A stretch of 61,330 bases of DNA, counting the filler, from Chiloscyllium plagiosum (Eukaryota): the NCBI RefSeq assembly GCF_004010195.1. It is 3 parts of one record of this genome, joined end to end, with 100 filler letters (N's around TTAATTAATTAA, not from the genome) between each part and the next. Parts side by side here need not be neighbours in the genome. Positions count along the whole stretch, not along the records: positions 49,239 to 61,330 come from NC_057713.1; 2 more parts are not named here. The stretch is one strand, 5' to 3'. A program made the translations under genes and the position numbers. This document shows, one piece after another, positions 49,961 through 61,330 of the stretch (its first letter is position 1; each line of letters starts with the position of its first letter). Below the pieces are notes generated by a model that saw only the letters and a program-made list of their open reading frames with translations, had not been told where the DNA came from and searched no databases.

Positions 49961-50286
49961 TGCCCAGAGCTCTCTCCCCACCAAATGCCAATCAATCCTG
50001 CCACCCTCTTGCTGCCCCACTCACCTGACTCCAGGGATGAGTAGGAGCTTGGAGCAGCACTGACAGCAGTCACCAACCTTGATGGTGCCATCGGTGATTG
50101 GCCGGCAGTGGTCTGTTGGGGTTTCTGTCTTCCCAGGTTCAAATTCCAGCCAGTTAATTGCCTGAGTGCACTTCAATTGTGGGGGTCGATAAATGTGAGG
50201 CTGGAAGAGCAAAGCAAGTCAGACAGCATCCGAGGAGCAGGAAAGTCAACATTTCGGGCAAAAACTCTTTGTCAGGGCTCAATTTT

Positions 50287-50581
50287 GGATTGGATTCCCT
50301 TCGGCCCAACAAGTCCACATCAACCCTCTGAAGAATAACCCAGCCAGACCCATTTGCCTCTGACTAATGCACCTAACAATATGGGCAATTTAATCATGGC
50401 CAATTCACCTAACTTGCATATCTTCCACCTGTGGGAGGAAACCAGAGCACCTTGAGGAAACCTACACAGACCTGGGGAGAATGTGCCAACACCACACAGA
50501 CAGTCGCCCAAGGCTGGAATCGAACCTGGGACCCTGGTGCTGTGAGGCAGCAGTGCTAACCACTGAGCTGCCATGCCACCC
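50287..50581 (-). mobile_element. HE1-type SINE
   Basis: Similar to 6593-6910. Confidence 0.9.
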
Positions 50582-52413
50582 CTATTGTGTTGGGCTTTCC
50601 ACACATAAGTTCTGTGAGGCTGCTATTGGTTTGCCACCCATTGGGGGTAACAGGAAAGAGAGTGGGGTTGGGGGGGGGGGGGGGGGAGGAATGGGGAGTG
50701 GATGGTGGCGCTCTCCACCAACCTGTCGTTTCTGATTTTGATAAGGGCTGTTCGAGTGATGTGGCCACAACGAGAATCTGAGTTTTGCATCTGAAAGGAA
50801 AAAAATTGAAGTATTTTGGGCATACCTAATTATGAATGAATAAAGCATTCAAAGTGCATCTGCATTTCGGTTGAAATTAAGGAATTTTTATGCCTGGTTT
50901 GCAATAAGAGGCATTCAGCTGGCAGCTGGTTTCTCTTTCAATCATTTTGTGTTTAAATTTTCTTAAAAGTGCATGCTTCTTTGTTGTTGAAATTAAGAGA
51001 CTGTTGCCCAATAAAAATTATTCAGCTTTCGCAGACTTTTGATGTCAACAAAATTCCCACACGAGAACCACATCACTTAGAAGGCTAATTAAGGAACAGG
51101 CAGGGACCTGACCTAATAGGGGGCTTTTCTTAATTCAAACTACAGTTAAAGGTCATGATGATTAGAAAAGCTTCAGAAATTAAGAGGTGAAAGAATGAGA
51201 CAGATTTGCTATTTCGAATATTTTCAAACAGATACTACTCAGGCAGGATTGAATAGCATGTTCCAACAAGCTCTGTCTGTGGGAACCTAACTGATGGAGC
51301 AGTAAAAACTTACTGCTGAAAGTTCTGTGCATTGCAAGACAGAAATACTCTTTTTAAAATTTTGTGCTACTGACCTATTCCATTATAGGGAAGAAGATAA
51401 AGCTTAAAGTAAAAGTTAGAAAATAATGGCATCCTAAATGTGAGTCTTTTGACAACACCACGAGAAAAGCAAAAAGCACACATGAGTCATTGGATGGTAG
51501 AGGTATCGTTTGCCAAGGTAATGTCCAATCCACAGAGAAAGCCCCTGAAGAGCATATTAACTTACGATGCACCTCAGTTTGCCAAACCTCCTACAAGTGT
51601 GAAAGAAATCTTAACAAATCTTAACAAATTGAAAGCAATAAGTATTTTTTTTGTAAAGTCCCCAAAGTCAAATTAAGGTATTTTTAAATATTTGCCTAGA
51701 TACACTCCTCTGGTTTGGTTAACTAGTGAATAAAGTCATCATCCTCCATAGTAAAGGATTTATACAACAAAGAAAAGGTCATTATTAAGGTCAGCACAAA
51801 CATTAGGGATTGGAATGCATTGCTTCTGAGAATTTTTACTTTGATAAAACATGGTAATGATCCGAGGAAAACATTTCAAGTCATTTCTTGACAAGGTCTC
51901 CTCTTAGTTCACCTGCGAGTCATATTTCCACAATGAATCCATTTGTTTTTATAGTGAACAGAATCTGACTGTCATCATTCGGTTGCCTGAGCAGTGGCAA
52001 GGAATAACCTATTGGCATAAATATCTTTGCTTAATGAAGCAGGCTCTTCCTACAGTAAATTTCAAGAATTGTTAAAGATCTTTTTAAGCAGAAAAATGGG
52101 ATGCCAGTCAATGACTTGCTGCTTTTACCAAGTAAAAAGATCTATTTTAGTTCACATGTCAGCTGCATCGTATTTATCAACTCAATTCACCATGCTGGAT
52201 ATAATGCCAAATGGGAATCGTGATTTAATGTTGCAACATACTAAAGTTGAGGGATGTTTATGGCATGTACTTACTGCTTGCTTTCTCAGCTGCTTTCAGA
52301 AGTTTTCTTTAATACTTTAATTATTCTGTAAAAACAGCCAAAAGCAGTTTTGCTGAAAGTATAGTATGGATTTTTACAAATATTAAGCAATAACTTATGT
52401 AACGAAATGTTAA

Positions 52414-52599
<186 letters not shown>

Positions 52600-54685
52600 T
52601 AGCAGTACTTTGAAATGTAGCTCTCCACCTTCACTGTTTGTAGACTACAATATTTCTGTGTCTTCTGGCAGCTTCTGACTCTAAACCGTGTGATGTGTCC
52701 CAAGTGTTGACAGGCAGCTGCAATTTGTCTTAACCCTTGACCAATCTTTAAATGGAGGCAAATTAATCTCTGGCAAAGTTCCTGATGGCTCACAAGACTG
52801 TGGAGGTTATACAATGAAAAGCCATTATAATGTTCAACAGCCCTGTTACTACTACAGTACTACAAGAAAATGGATCTGAAAATGTGAAGATTTTGCATCT
52901 GAAAAGATGCTTAGCTCTTACCAGTTATACGGCCTTCACAACAAGTGGTATGGATAACGCTTTAAGCATTGACAGTCGTCAATCTAAGGCCTCTGTAAAG
53001 AAAACAATACATTTCTACCAGAAGGAATTTAAAACTTACACTGAAAACTGAGTTAGACAAATGCTAGCGGCATCTTATACTTGTGGAGGAGTTTTGTTTC
53101 CTTACTGATATCCAGGGTTGTTTTATTATTTATGAACTGACTGTTGTATGTTAACATCATTTATGAAGGTACTTAAATTAGAATTTTTTTGCCGTTTGAC
53201 ACCAGGAACACGTTTGATTCTGTCAAGTCACAAAGCGGTTTACAGAGAATTTGTTCTCTCATAATTTAAGATAACTTCAGTTTGCTAAGACAATCATGTA
53301 CAGAAAATGTCGTTTTGTGTAAATTTGTATTCAGGCAATTCTTTTACATATTGTTAAGGCAAATACAATTGAATGGGAACAATGCCTTGTTTGTGAAGTG
53401 TCGAGAGGCATTGTGTGCACATAAAACAGTGCTGTGCCTTATCAAAATGCTGGTGTGTTAAAGTGCAACTTTTTGTTGGGTAAATATGTAGATAATGGAA
53501 TTTTTGTGATTATTTTGTAAAGACCAAAAGCTTGAATGTCAAGTGTCAAGATTTACTCCTTTCTCTGTAGCTTTCTCATTCCCCCAAATAACTTGTATCC
53601 GTCTTTCTGCAAACAAATAAATGAAATACTCTAATTGAATAAAGTCAAAAATAATTCCTTGCTCTGTTCATACACAAATAATGTAGATGGTACAGTATAT
53701 ATTTTTATTACAAAAGTTGTTTTCATTTGTTAACGATGGGAATGAGAATTACTGTAAGCTTACACCCTTGTAGTGTCTACATTCTTTTGTATGACAATAC
53801 CTTTAGTTTTATTTCGGAGCAAAAGTTGTTAGAATGTTATAGAATTTGTACAATTAGAACTGATCCATTTTGGTACTGGCCATTTTCCATCTGAAATATT
53901 AACATACCGAGCTGTCGACAGACTTTTCTATATCAAGCTTCAGGGCTTGTTATGGAAACTACTACAAGCTTGGGCTACTTACAGTAAATGCAACTTTAAT
54001 TGTAATCCCTGAAATGTATACTTTCTCCCTCTCTGTGATCACTGTAGAAGGAACTTTGGTTCTGATGTTTTATACCTCATGTATACCTCATACTTAATAG
54101 TCTTATTGCTTTATAAAGTTCCACAAAGATATCCGCTGCAGCAATTGCAAGAAATTGTTTGCAAGTCTGAAAAAGAATTCCACCTCTTTGTGAGGGGATT
54201 CCCGAAATGGATACAGCTGCTAGAACGTCTATGGTGAACTATTTTAACTATTTGGGAGCTAAATGTTTGCAGAAAAATATCAAGAATAAAAAAAATCTGT
54301 GGAGTCTAATTTTGCTTTTTTTTCCCAATCAGAGTGACTGGGTACCAAACCGATCACCTGCACCTCATTACAAGAAAAGAAGTGTGTTGTGTCTGCAACA
54401 TATCTGGTCTCATGAATTTCTCAAAATACCTTTCTCATGAATTATGCGTTTATTTAATAAAAATCAATTTGTGAAATGATGGTGTGTGTACTTATGAAAT
54501 GCTTCCTTAATGGATGAACAGCTTTATCTGATAACACTGCTCACGAATCTAATTGTGTAACTGTTGTCTTATGTTGCTTCATTTGTCTTTTTTGTGAGAT
54601 ATTACTAGAACTGTTATGGTAATTATATTCTCATGCATATATTTTGTTACGTGTGAAAACATTTCCTTCTATGTTGCTTGTTTGT

Positions 54686-55345
54686 AGAGACATAGAGATA
54701 TACAACACAGAAACAGAAACAGACCCTTCAGTTCATGCCAACCAGATATCCTAAATTAATCTCATCCCATTTGCCAGCATTTGGCCCATATCCCTCTAAA
54801 CCCTTCCTATTCATATACCCATCCAGATGCCTTTTAAATGTTGTAATTGTACCAGCCTCCACTACCTCCTCTGGCAGCTCATTCCATACACGTACCACCC
54901 TCTGCATGAAAAAGTTGCCCCTCTGGTTCCTTTTAAATCTTTCTCCCCTTACCTTAAGCCTATGCTGTCTGGTTTTTTGACTCCCCTACTCTTGGAAAAA
55001 TACCATGACTAATCACTTTATTGATGCTTTTTCATGATTTTATAAACCTCCTATGCTCCAGGGAAAAACGTCCCAGCCTATCCAGCCTCTCCATATAACT
55101 TAGACCCTCCAGCCTTGGTAACAGCCTTGTAAATCTTTTTTGCACTCTTTCCAATGTAATAACACACTTCTTGTAGCTAGGCGATTACAATTGTATGCAG
55201 TATTCCAAATGTGGCCTCACTGATGTCTTATATAGTCACAACATGAAGTCACAACTCTGCACTGTGACCAATGAAGGCAAGCTTGCCAAATGCTGCCTTC
55301 ACCACCCTGTCTACCTGTGATACCACTTTCAAGGAACTATGTACC
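54686..55345 (-). mobile_element. CR1 (HER1-like) 3' portion
   Basis: RDQGVQVHSSLKV...QVDRVVK and a 3' end shared with 16708-16926. Confidence 0.85.
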
Positions 55346-55469
55346 TGCACCCCTTGGTCCCTCTGTTCGACAAAATGGTGAATGATGAGCCAGTGGAATT
55401 CTCTGCAACAGAAAGTGGTTGAAGCCAAAGCATTTAATGTTTTCAAGAAGGATGTAGATACACTGCTTA

Positions 55470-56165
55470 GATAGTGGCGGCAGAGGAGGCAGTGTTAGGG
55501 GTCTTGAGCCGGGGCGTCGTTCATTCCATCTGCTTTTGCTTATTTCTTCCTCTTTTCCTATTCTTCTAGTTTTTAAAATTATTTTCTGGAGAGAGCTTGG
55601 ATGTGAAGGCAGTGGTTAGGAGCCCAGAGTGGGTCTTTCACAGTCAGAGCATGCTCGGATGGCAGTCATCAGTGAAGTGGTCATCGGTGAAATGGTGGTT
55701 ATCAGTGAAGTGATGGTCTTTGGTGATGTCGTGGTCATCGGTGCTTGGTTATTGGTGAAGTGATGTCATCGATGATATGGTGGCCATTGGTGAAATGATA
55801 GTCATCGATGATATGGTGGCCATTGGTGAAATGACAGTCATCGATGATATGGTGGCCATTGGTGAAATGACAGTCATCGGTAATGTGATGGACATAGGTA
55901 AAATGATAGTCATCGGTGATGTGGTGGCCTTGGTGAAATTGTGGTTATCGGTTAAGTGACTGGTGAGCCCAGGTGGGACTTGGCTCAGCGCTGGGGAAAA
56001 CGTGCCCTCGTTAGGACAGTCAAGCTCTAGCTTTGTATTTTGTACCGAAGATTTTGTGCCTGGATACCTTTGTAACTAAGATTGCATCAGACAATGGTAA
56101 CATGATAAACTTTTCACTGTACTCCTGTACTTGAGTACATGTGATAATAAAACCTAATTCTAATT
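55470..56165 (+). mobile_element. Putative non-autonomous retroelement containing a VNTR, inserted in a CR1 3' end
   Basis: CR1 3' sequence 55375-55470 resumes at ~56170; the insert ends cttttcactgtac...gtacatgtgataataaaa-(cta)att, a LINE-type tail. Confidence 0.5.
55664..55958 (+). repeat. Minisatellite: 18-bp units with 36-bp higher-order repeat (GTCATCGATGATATGGTGGCCATTGGTGAAATGAYA)
   Basis: Three near-perfect 36-mers at 55765-55872 with diverged 18-mers on both sides. Confidence 0.9.
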
Positions 56166-57999
56166 TTAAAAGAGTCAAAGGATACAGGGTGACAGCAGGG
56201 ACAGGGTAATGAGTGAGGTTGGAAAGGCAGAATAGTCGACTGTTCTAATCTTCCTTGTTTCTAATTCGGTTAACTCAGTTTCCCTCTCCACAGACACTGT
56301 ATCTCCTGAGTTCAATTTCTGTTTGTTACACAAAGGTAGTGATTGCCCCTCACTAACTGGCAGGATGGAATCTCAGGATAGTGTTCCAAGGTGAATGGAA
56401 TCCCCACACATTGCAAACAGGAATTATAATCTGACCAGATCACCAAATACAAGTACTGACATAGTACAATTAAATATAAATGGTTTCAGAAAGAAAAATA
56501 ATCTGAATAGCTCCCAGAAATTAGAAAGCATTGACAGCCTGTTGATTTTGCTTCTATTTAAACTTCAGTAGTGAGTAATTAAAGCTGTGCATTAAATAGT
56601 GCTGTCACTTCAATGACCTGAGAGAAACCTTGTCTGGTTTTGTTACCTACTGTGCAGACAGCGATAATGCAACAAACTAGCATGCTCCATTAAAAGGACA
56701 AAAAAGTTTTCACTTGTGCTGGTTAAACAGGTTAAGCTAACAGGCCTCGTAACTAAAAATAGTTACGTTCGAATATGCAACCTCTTGAAATGGCATCTTT
56801 TCTATAACTTAAAATGAATGTTGACTTGGATTAAATCATTTGGAGAATAGTTGCAGCCTGCCTCATTTTTAAAAATATATTTGATTTTTTTCGACAAAAG
56901 ACAAGCCAAAAAGAGCGAGTTTGGGAATGTATGATGAGATCTAATTTGGGCTCCTAGGTGGCAATATGGTCACAGAATAAAGGTGCAGATAAATGCCTTG
57001 GGTAATCCATTCAGAAGCGATTCTTTTGTTCGAAACCTTCATTCATTCACTTCATTTGGTTTCTCAACATTCCCCAGGCTTGATAGTAGCAGGAAAATGA
57101 AAACTTCCTCCTTGGATTAATTCTGTGTTTCTACCAGTTGATGGTTAGATCTATCAATATCATTGCTGAAATATTAAACATGTGTTTCTTGTGATCAAAT
57201 TATTCCTAAACCTCAGCAATGAAGAAGCATCACTGGAGTTAAACAATTAATTCTGTTTTTCTTTCAGCGGAACTGCTGAGTTCCTCCAGCAATTTCTGCT
57301 TTTGCTTCAGATCTTCATCATCTCTGTTTTATTAGATTTTCTAAATCCTGTTTTAAATGTGAAATCTGTTCTAAAAACTGCAGAGTAAATTTTGTAATTT
57401 ATAAACAAAAGCAGAGAGTGCTGGAGGAGCTGCAGCGAAGAAGGGTCACTGTACCCTGAACGTTAACTCTGTTTCTCTCTCCACAGGTGCTGGGTTTCTC
57501 CAGCAATTTCTGTTCTTGCTTCTGAAATATAAAATTCCCTTATACTGTAGGGTTTTTTTTGTAATATATTGATCTAATAACTGTTCTTAAATCTTGATCT
57601 ATATTCCTTTGGAGTTTCATGAGCAATTCCAATATGTTATATTTTAACAAAATTGTTTGTTCACTCTGATTGTATTCAACGTAATAGAATTCAAATAAAA
57701 ATTGCAAGAGTTTGGGGCATGGACAATTTGGACCGAAGGGTCTGTTTCTGTGCTGTACATCTCTGTGACTGTCTGACTGGCATCAATTAGCTTCCAGTAT
57801 CTCCAGAGCTGCCTTACAGTCCGGATTAATAATCGGATTTATTGCCAACACCTCATTCAAAGGTGGTTCTGAAGAAGGGACTTGAAACATTAACTCTCTT
57901 TCTCCAGGTGCTGCCAGACCTACTGTGTTTCTCCAGCAAGTTCTCTCCTCATTCCTTCATCAAAGTTGACTGCCCTTTCAGTGATCAATTAGCATATTC

Positions 58000-58350
58000 A
58001 TAGAATCCCTAGAGTGTGGGAGCAGGCCTTTCAGCCTATCGGGTCCACACCGACCCTCTGAGGAGATTCCCACCCAGACCCTGAAGAGATTCCCACCCTA
58101 TCCTAAATTTCCTACATGGCTAATCCACCTAGCATACACATCCCTGGACACTATGGGCAATTTAGCATGGCTAATCCACCTAACTTGCACATCACTGGAC
58201 TATAGGAGGAAACCGGAGCACCCAGAGAAAACCCACACAGACACGGGGAGAATGTGCAAACTCTACACAGACTGTCACCCGAGGTTGGAATTGAACCTAG
58301 GTCCCCGGTGCTGTAAGGCAGCCGTGCTAACCACTGATCCACTGTGCCAT
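58000..58350 (-). mobile_element. HE1-type SINE (longer variant)
   Basis: Head, core and tail as in 42952-43305. Confidence 0.85.
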
Positions 58351-58564
58351 GCAATTTGTTGACAAATTAGATAATGAAAATAAACCTCACTGCAATCAGA
58401 TTTGAGATTCTTTGCCGTGCGTGTGTTTACAATTATTTCAGTCCAGGGCATTTGACTTGCATTTTTCAGGTTTTTAAAACAAATCACATTTAATAGTTCA
58501 TCTTTGTGTCAACATACATGTTTGTAAATGAAAGACATTTTATACACTCTCGGAAATATTTGTG

Positions 58565-58945
58565 TATTCTTCTTGGAGCAGAGGTGACCTTATTGAGGTG
58601 TTCAAAATTCTGAACAGTTTTGACAGGGTAAAGAAGGACATTCTGTTTCTACGAGTTGGTCTGTTAGTAACCAGGGGTCACAATTTCAAGATTCTCAGCA
58701 AGAGATCTGGGAGTGAGATGAAGAGAAACTTCTTTACTTGTAGGGTTGTTAGGATTTGGAATGCACTGCCTGGGAGAGTGTGGAGGTGGATTCTATATGA
58801 GGTTTCAAAGAGATTTGGATATATATTTGAAAATGATGAATTTAGAGTGCTATGGAGATAGGGCTGAAGAATGAGACTAGCTGGATAGCTCTTTCAGGCA
58901 CCAATGGCTCAAATGGCTTCCTTCTATACTGTAAAATTTGGTGGT
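58565..58945 (+). mobile_element. CR1 3' end
   Basis: RGDLIEVFKIL...TRGHNFK...FFTCRVVRIWNALP. Confidence 0.85.
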
Positions 58946-59671
58946 TGTATATATGTAGACATAAGCCGTGGAACCTTTCAGTAAAAGGAGGTGTGTGGGA
59001 TAGGTGTTGCTCTATTGAGTTCAAGAACAACATAGCTAACTAACTGACCAGACTAATCACAAAACAGTGCAAATCCGGCATCATATCAACAAGTGTTATC
59101 TGTGAGCTGGGTGAATTATTTCAGAACATCTGCTACATTTAACAGCAGTGGTGTAAACTAAATGTGCTCATCTTAGATAAAGTCAACCAAAATAAAATGG
59201 CAGTTGTTTTGACAATAATACCAAAAGGTGGTTTTGTGGTTAGAATGATTAAGGAACTTTGCAAATACCACTTGGACATGGTAAAGCTTGATGTAAGTAG
59301 AAGTAAATGAGTGAGGTGAACGAGCTCTGCGGACACGGTTGCTTCTTGTTATGGCTGGCTCATTTTTCACAAATCACAACTTCACTGTAACAATTACCTT
59401 TCCAGATGGGCTTGAGTTCATAGCAAAGAATACATTCCCAGACTGTTCAAAGTGCTGGACCTGGTTAAAGCAGTTACTTACATGTAAGTGTCTTTGTGTT
59501 ACTTGAGATGCAGAATGTTGTAGCTCCCTCCAACTGACCAACTGCAAAATGTTCCCCATCAAAGGGAACAGTATGTGAGGTACAGCAACATGGAGACTAT
59601 GTTACTGGATTTGTAATCCAGAAGCCAGGCTCTTGCTATGTAAGTTGGAGATTTAGTACTCAGTTTTTTTT

Positions 59672-59977
59672 ATTAGATTAGATTCCCTACAGTGTGGAAA
59701 CAGGCCATTCGGCCCAACAAGTCCACACTGACCCTCCGAAGATCAACCACCCAGACTCATCCACTTACATTTACCCCTAACTAATGCACCTAAAACTGTG
59801 GGCAATTCACCTGACCTGTACGTCTTTGGACTCTGGGAGGAAACTGGAGCACCCGGAGGAAATCCACGCAGACACTGGGAGAATGTGCAAACTCTACACA
59901 GACAGTCACCTGAGGCTGGAATCAAACCTGGGACCCTGGTGCTGTGAGGCAGCTAACCACTGAGCCACTGTGCCACT
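59672..59977 (-). mobile_element. HE1-type SINE
   Basis: TCTAA tail and conserved core. Confidence 0.9.
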
Positions 59978-59989
59978 CCTCCCCAACTG

Positions 59990-60690
59990 AAATTTATAGA
60001 ATGTCGATATACTGGATATCCAAAATGGTCCTTATGAAGGCGATAGTCAGCTGGATTCTCAAACTGTTGCAGTCCACATGCTGTAGCGACCTCCACATTG
60101 TAAGGGAGGGAGTTTCAGGATTTTGACCCCGTGACAGTAAAGGAACGGAGACACTTTTATGAGTCAGGATGGTGAGCGGCTCGGAGGGGATCTCCCAGGT
60201 GGGTGGTGTTCCCATGTATCTGCTGCCCTTGTCCTTCTAGGTAGGAGGGGTAGTAGGTTTGTAAGTTGCCGGTGAAGGAGGCTTGATGAGTGACTGCAAC
60301 ACATCTTTCAAGAACAGATGCTGTTACCAATGTGTGTTCGATAGAGTGAAGGTTTAAAGTAGATTCCTAATCATTTGATGTTGCTGGAGCTGCATTTATT
60401 CAAGCAGGATATTCTATCAAATCCTGAACCTGTGCCTTGCAGATGGTAAATTGGTTTAGGGGAGTCAGGAGGTAAGTTACTTGTCACAGAATTCCCATTA
60501 TTTGGTGTGTTCTTGCAGCCACAGTATTTAATACGGCTGGTCCAGTTCAGTGTCTGGTCATTGGCCACCCTCCAAGATGTTGATGGTGAAGATTCAGGGT
60601 TGGTAATGCCACTGAGATGTTGATTAAAATATCCCTTGCTGAAGATTATCATTGCCTGGCACTTGTGGCAATGGTGATCAAGTGAATCTA
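59990..60690 (-). mobile_element. Decayed CR1/L2-clade LINE 3' part (family of 41890-43500)
   Basis: HKCQAMII, DQTLNWTS and YKAQV-like remnants. Confidence 0.6.
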
Positions 60691-60908
60691 GAATTACAAA
60701 GCCAATGGAGATCATGAATTTATCAGATTGTCACAAAAATCCAACTCATTTAATTTGTATCCTTTAGGCAAGGATCATCACAATCTTATATAACACCTTT
60801 AATGTGGTAAGCATTTCAGCTTCTCACCCTGAGAGTGAAACAGAGACCATGCCTGCACTCTGCATATCTTCCATTAGGCAACTCAATCCATGATTCAAAC
60901 CTTCCATC

Positions 60909-61145
60909 AGTGGCACAGTGGCTCACTGGTTAGCACTATTGTCTCACAGCACCAGGGATCCAGGTTAGATTCCACCCTCAGGTGACTGTGTGCAGTGTGC
61001 ACATTCTCCCCGTGTCTGTGTGGGTTTTCTCCGGGTGCTCCAGTTTCCTCCCATAGTCCAAAGATGTCCAGGTTGGTGGATTAGTGATGGGAAATGCAGT
61101 GATAGAGTTGGGGGGGATGGGTCTAGGTGGAGTCGATGGGTCGAA
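60909..61145 (+). mobile_element. HE1-type SINE
   Basis: tRNA-like head and conserved core. Confidence 0.85.
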
Positions 61146-61147
61146 TA

Positions 61148-61330
61148 CAGTCATAGAGTCATAGAGATGTACAGCATGGAAACAGATCCTTCGGTCCAAC
61201 CCGTCCATGCCGACCAGATATCCCAACCCAATCTAGTCCCACCTGCCAGCACCCGGCCCATATCCCTCCAAACCCTTCCTATTCATATACCCATCCAAAT
61301 GCCTCTTAAACGTTGCAATTGTACCAGCCT
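61148..61330 (-). mobile_element. CR1 (HER1-like) 3' end, runs off the window
   Basis: (GTCATAGA)n tail; matches 16708-16890. Confidence 0.85.

Noticed and set aside
51155..51294. ATGATGA...CTGA as a C/D-box snoRNA
   Set aside because: No terminal stem or recognisable guide sequence, and it lies on the strand opposite the host gene.
55664..55958. Regularly spaced 36-bp repeat resembling a CRISPR array, and the repetitive ORF 55777-55959
   Set aside because: Units are contiguous with no unique spacers, the context is eukaryotic and there are no cas genes. It is a minisatellite.
59399..59461. Exon-like segment on the - strand (VQHFEQSGNVFFAMNSSPSGK|gtaatt) as the missing ABCC exon
   Set aside because: No Walker A consensus, and the donor phase does not match the phase-1 acceptor at 47570.

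Overview
Vertebrate genomic DNA, almost certainly a shark (inferred from HE1-type SINEs, CR1 LINEs and Penelope derivatives). It is mostly intronic or intergenic repeats and has two 100-bp assembly gaps. Two convergent genes are visible. On the + strand are the last two coding exons of a small C8orf89-like protein (4750-4805, 11921-12054). On the - strand are the last four coding exons (NBD2) of an ABCC transporter. It is most like the sulfonylurea receptors ABCC8/9 but has a different intron pattern and no visible Kir6 gene downstream. Mobile DNA includes a 5'-complete L1 start with a YY1 motif, a young Neptune-type Penelope element, and many short, often palindromic Penelope-derived insertions carrying minimal hammerhead ribozyme motifs, several with long TSDs. 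There is also a Gmr1-type (integrase-before-RNaseH) Gypsy element whose 5' LTR holds nested CR1 and Penelope insertions, plus an RTE 3' end, MITEs and SINEs. All calls were made by eye, and family comparisons are from memory rather than database searches.
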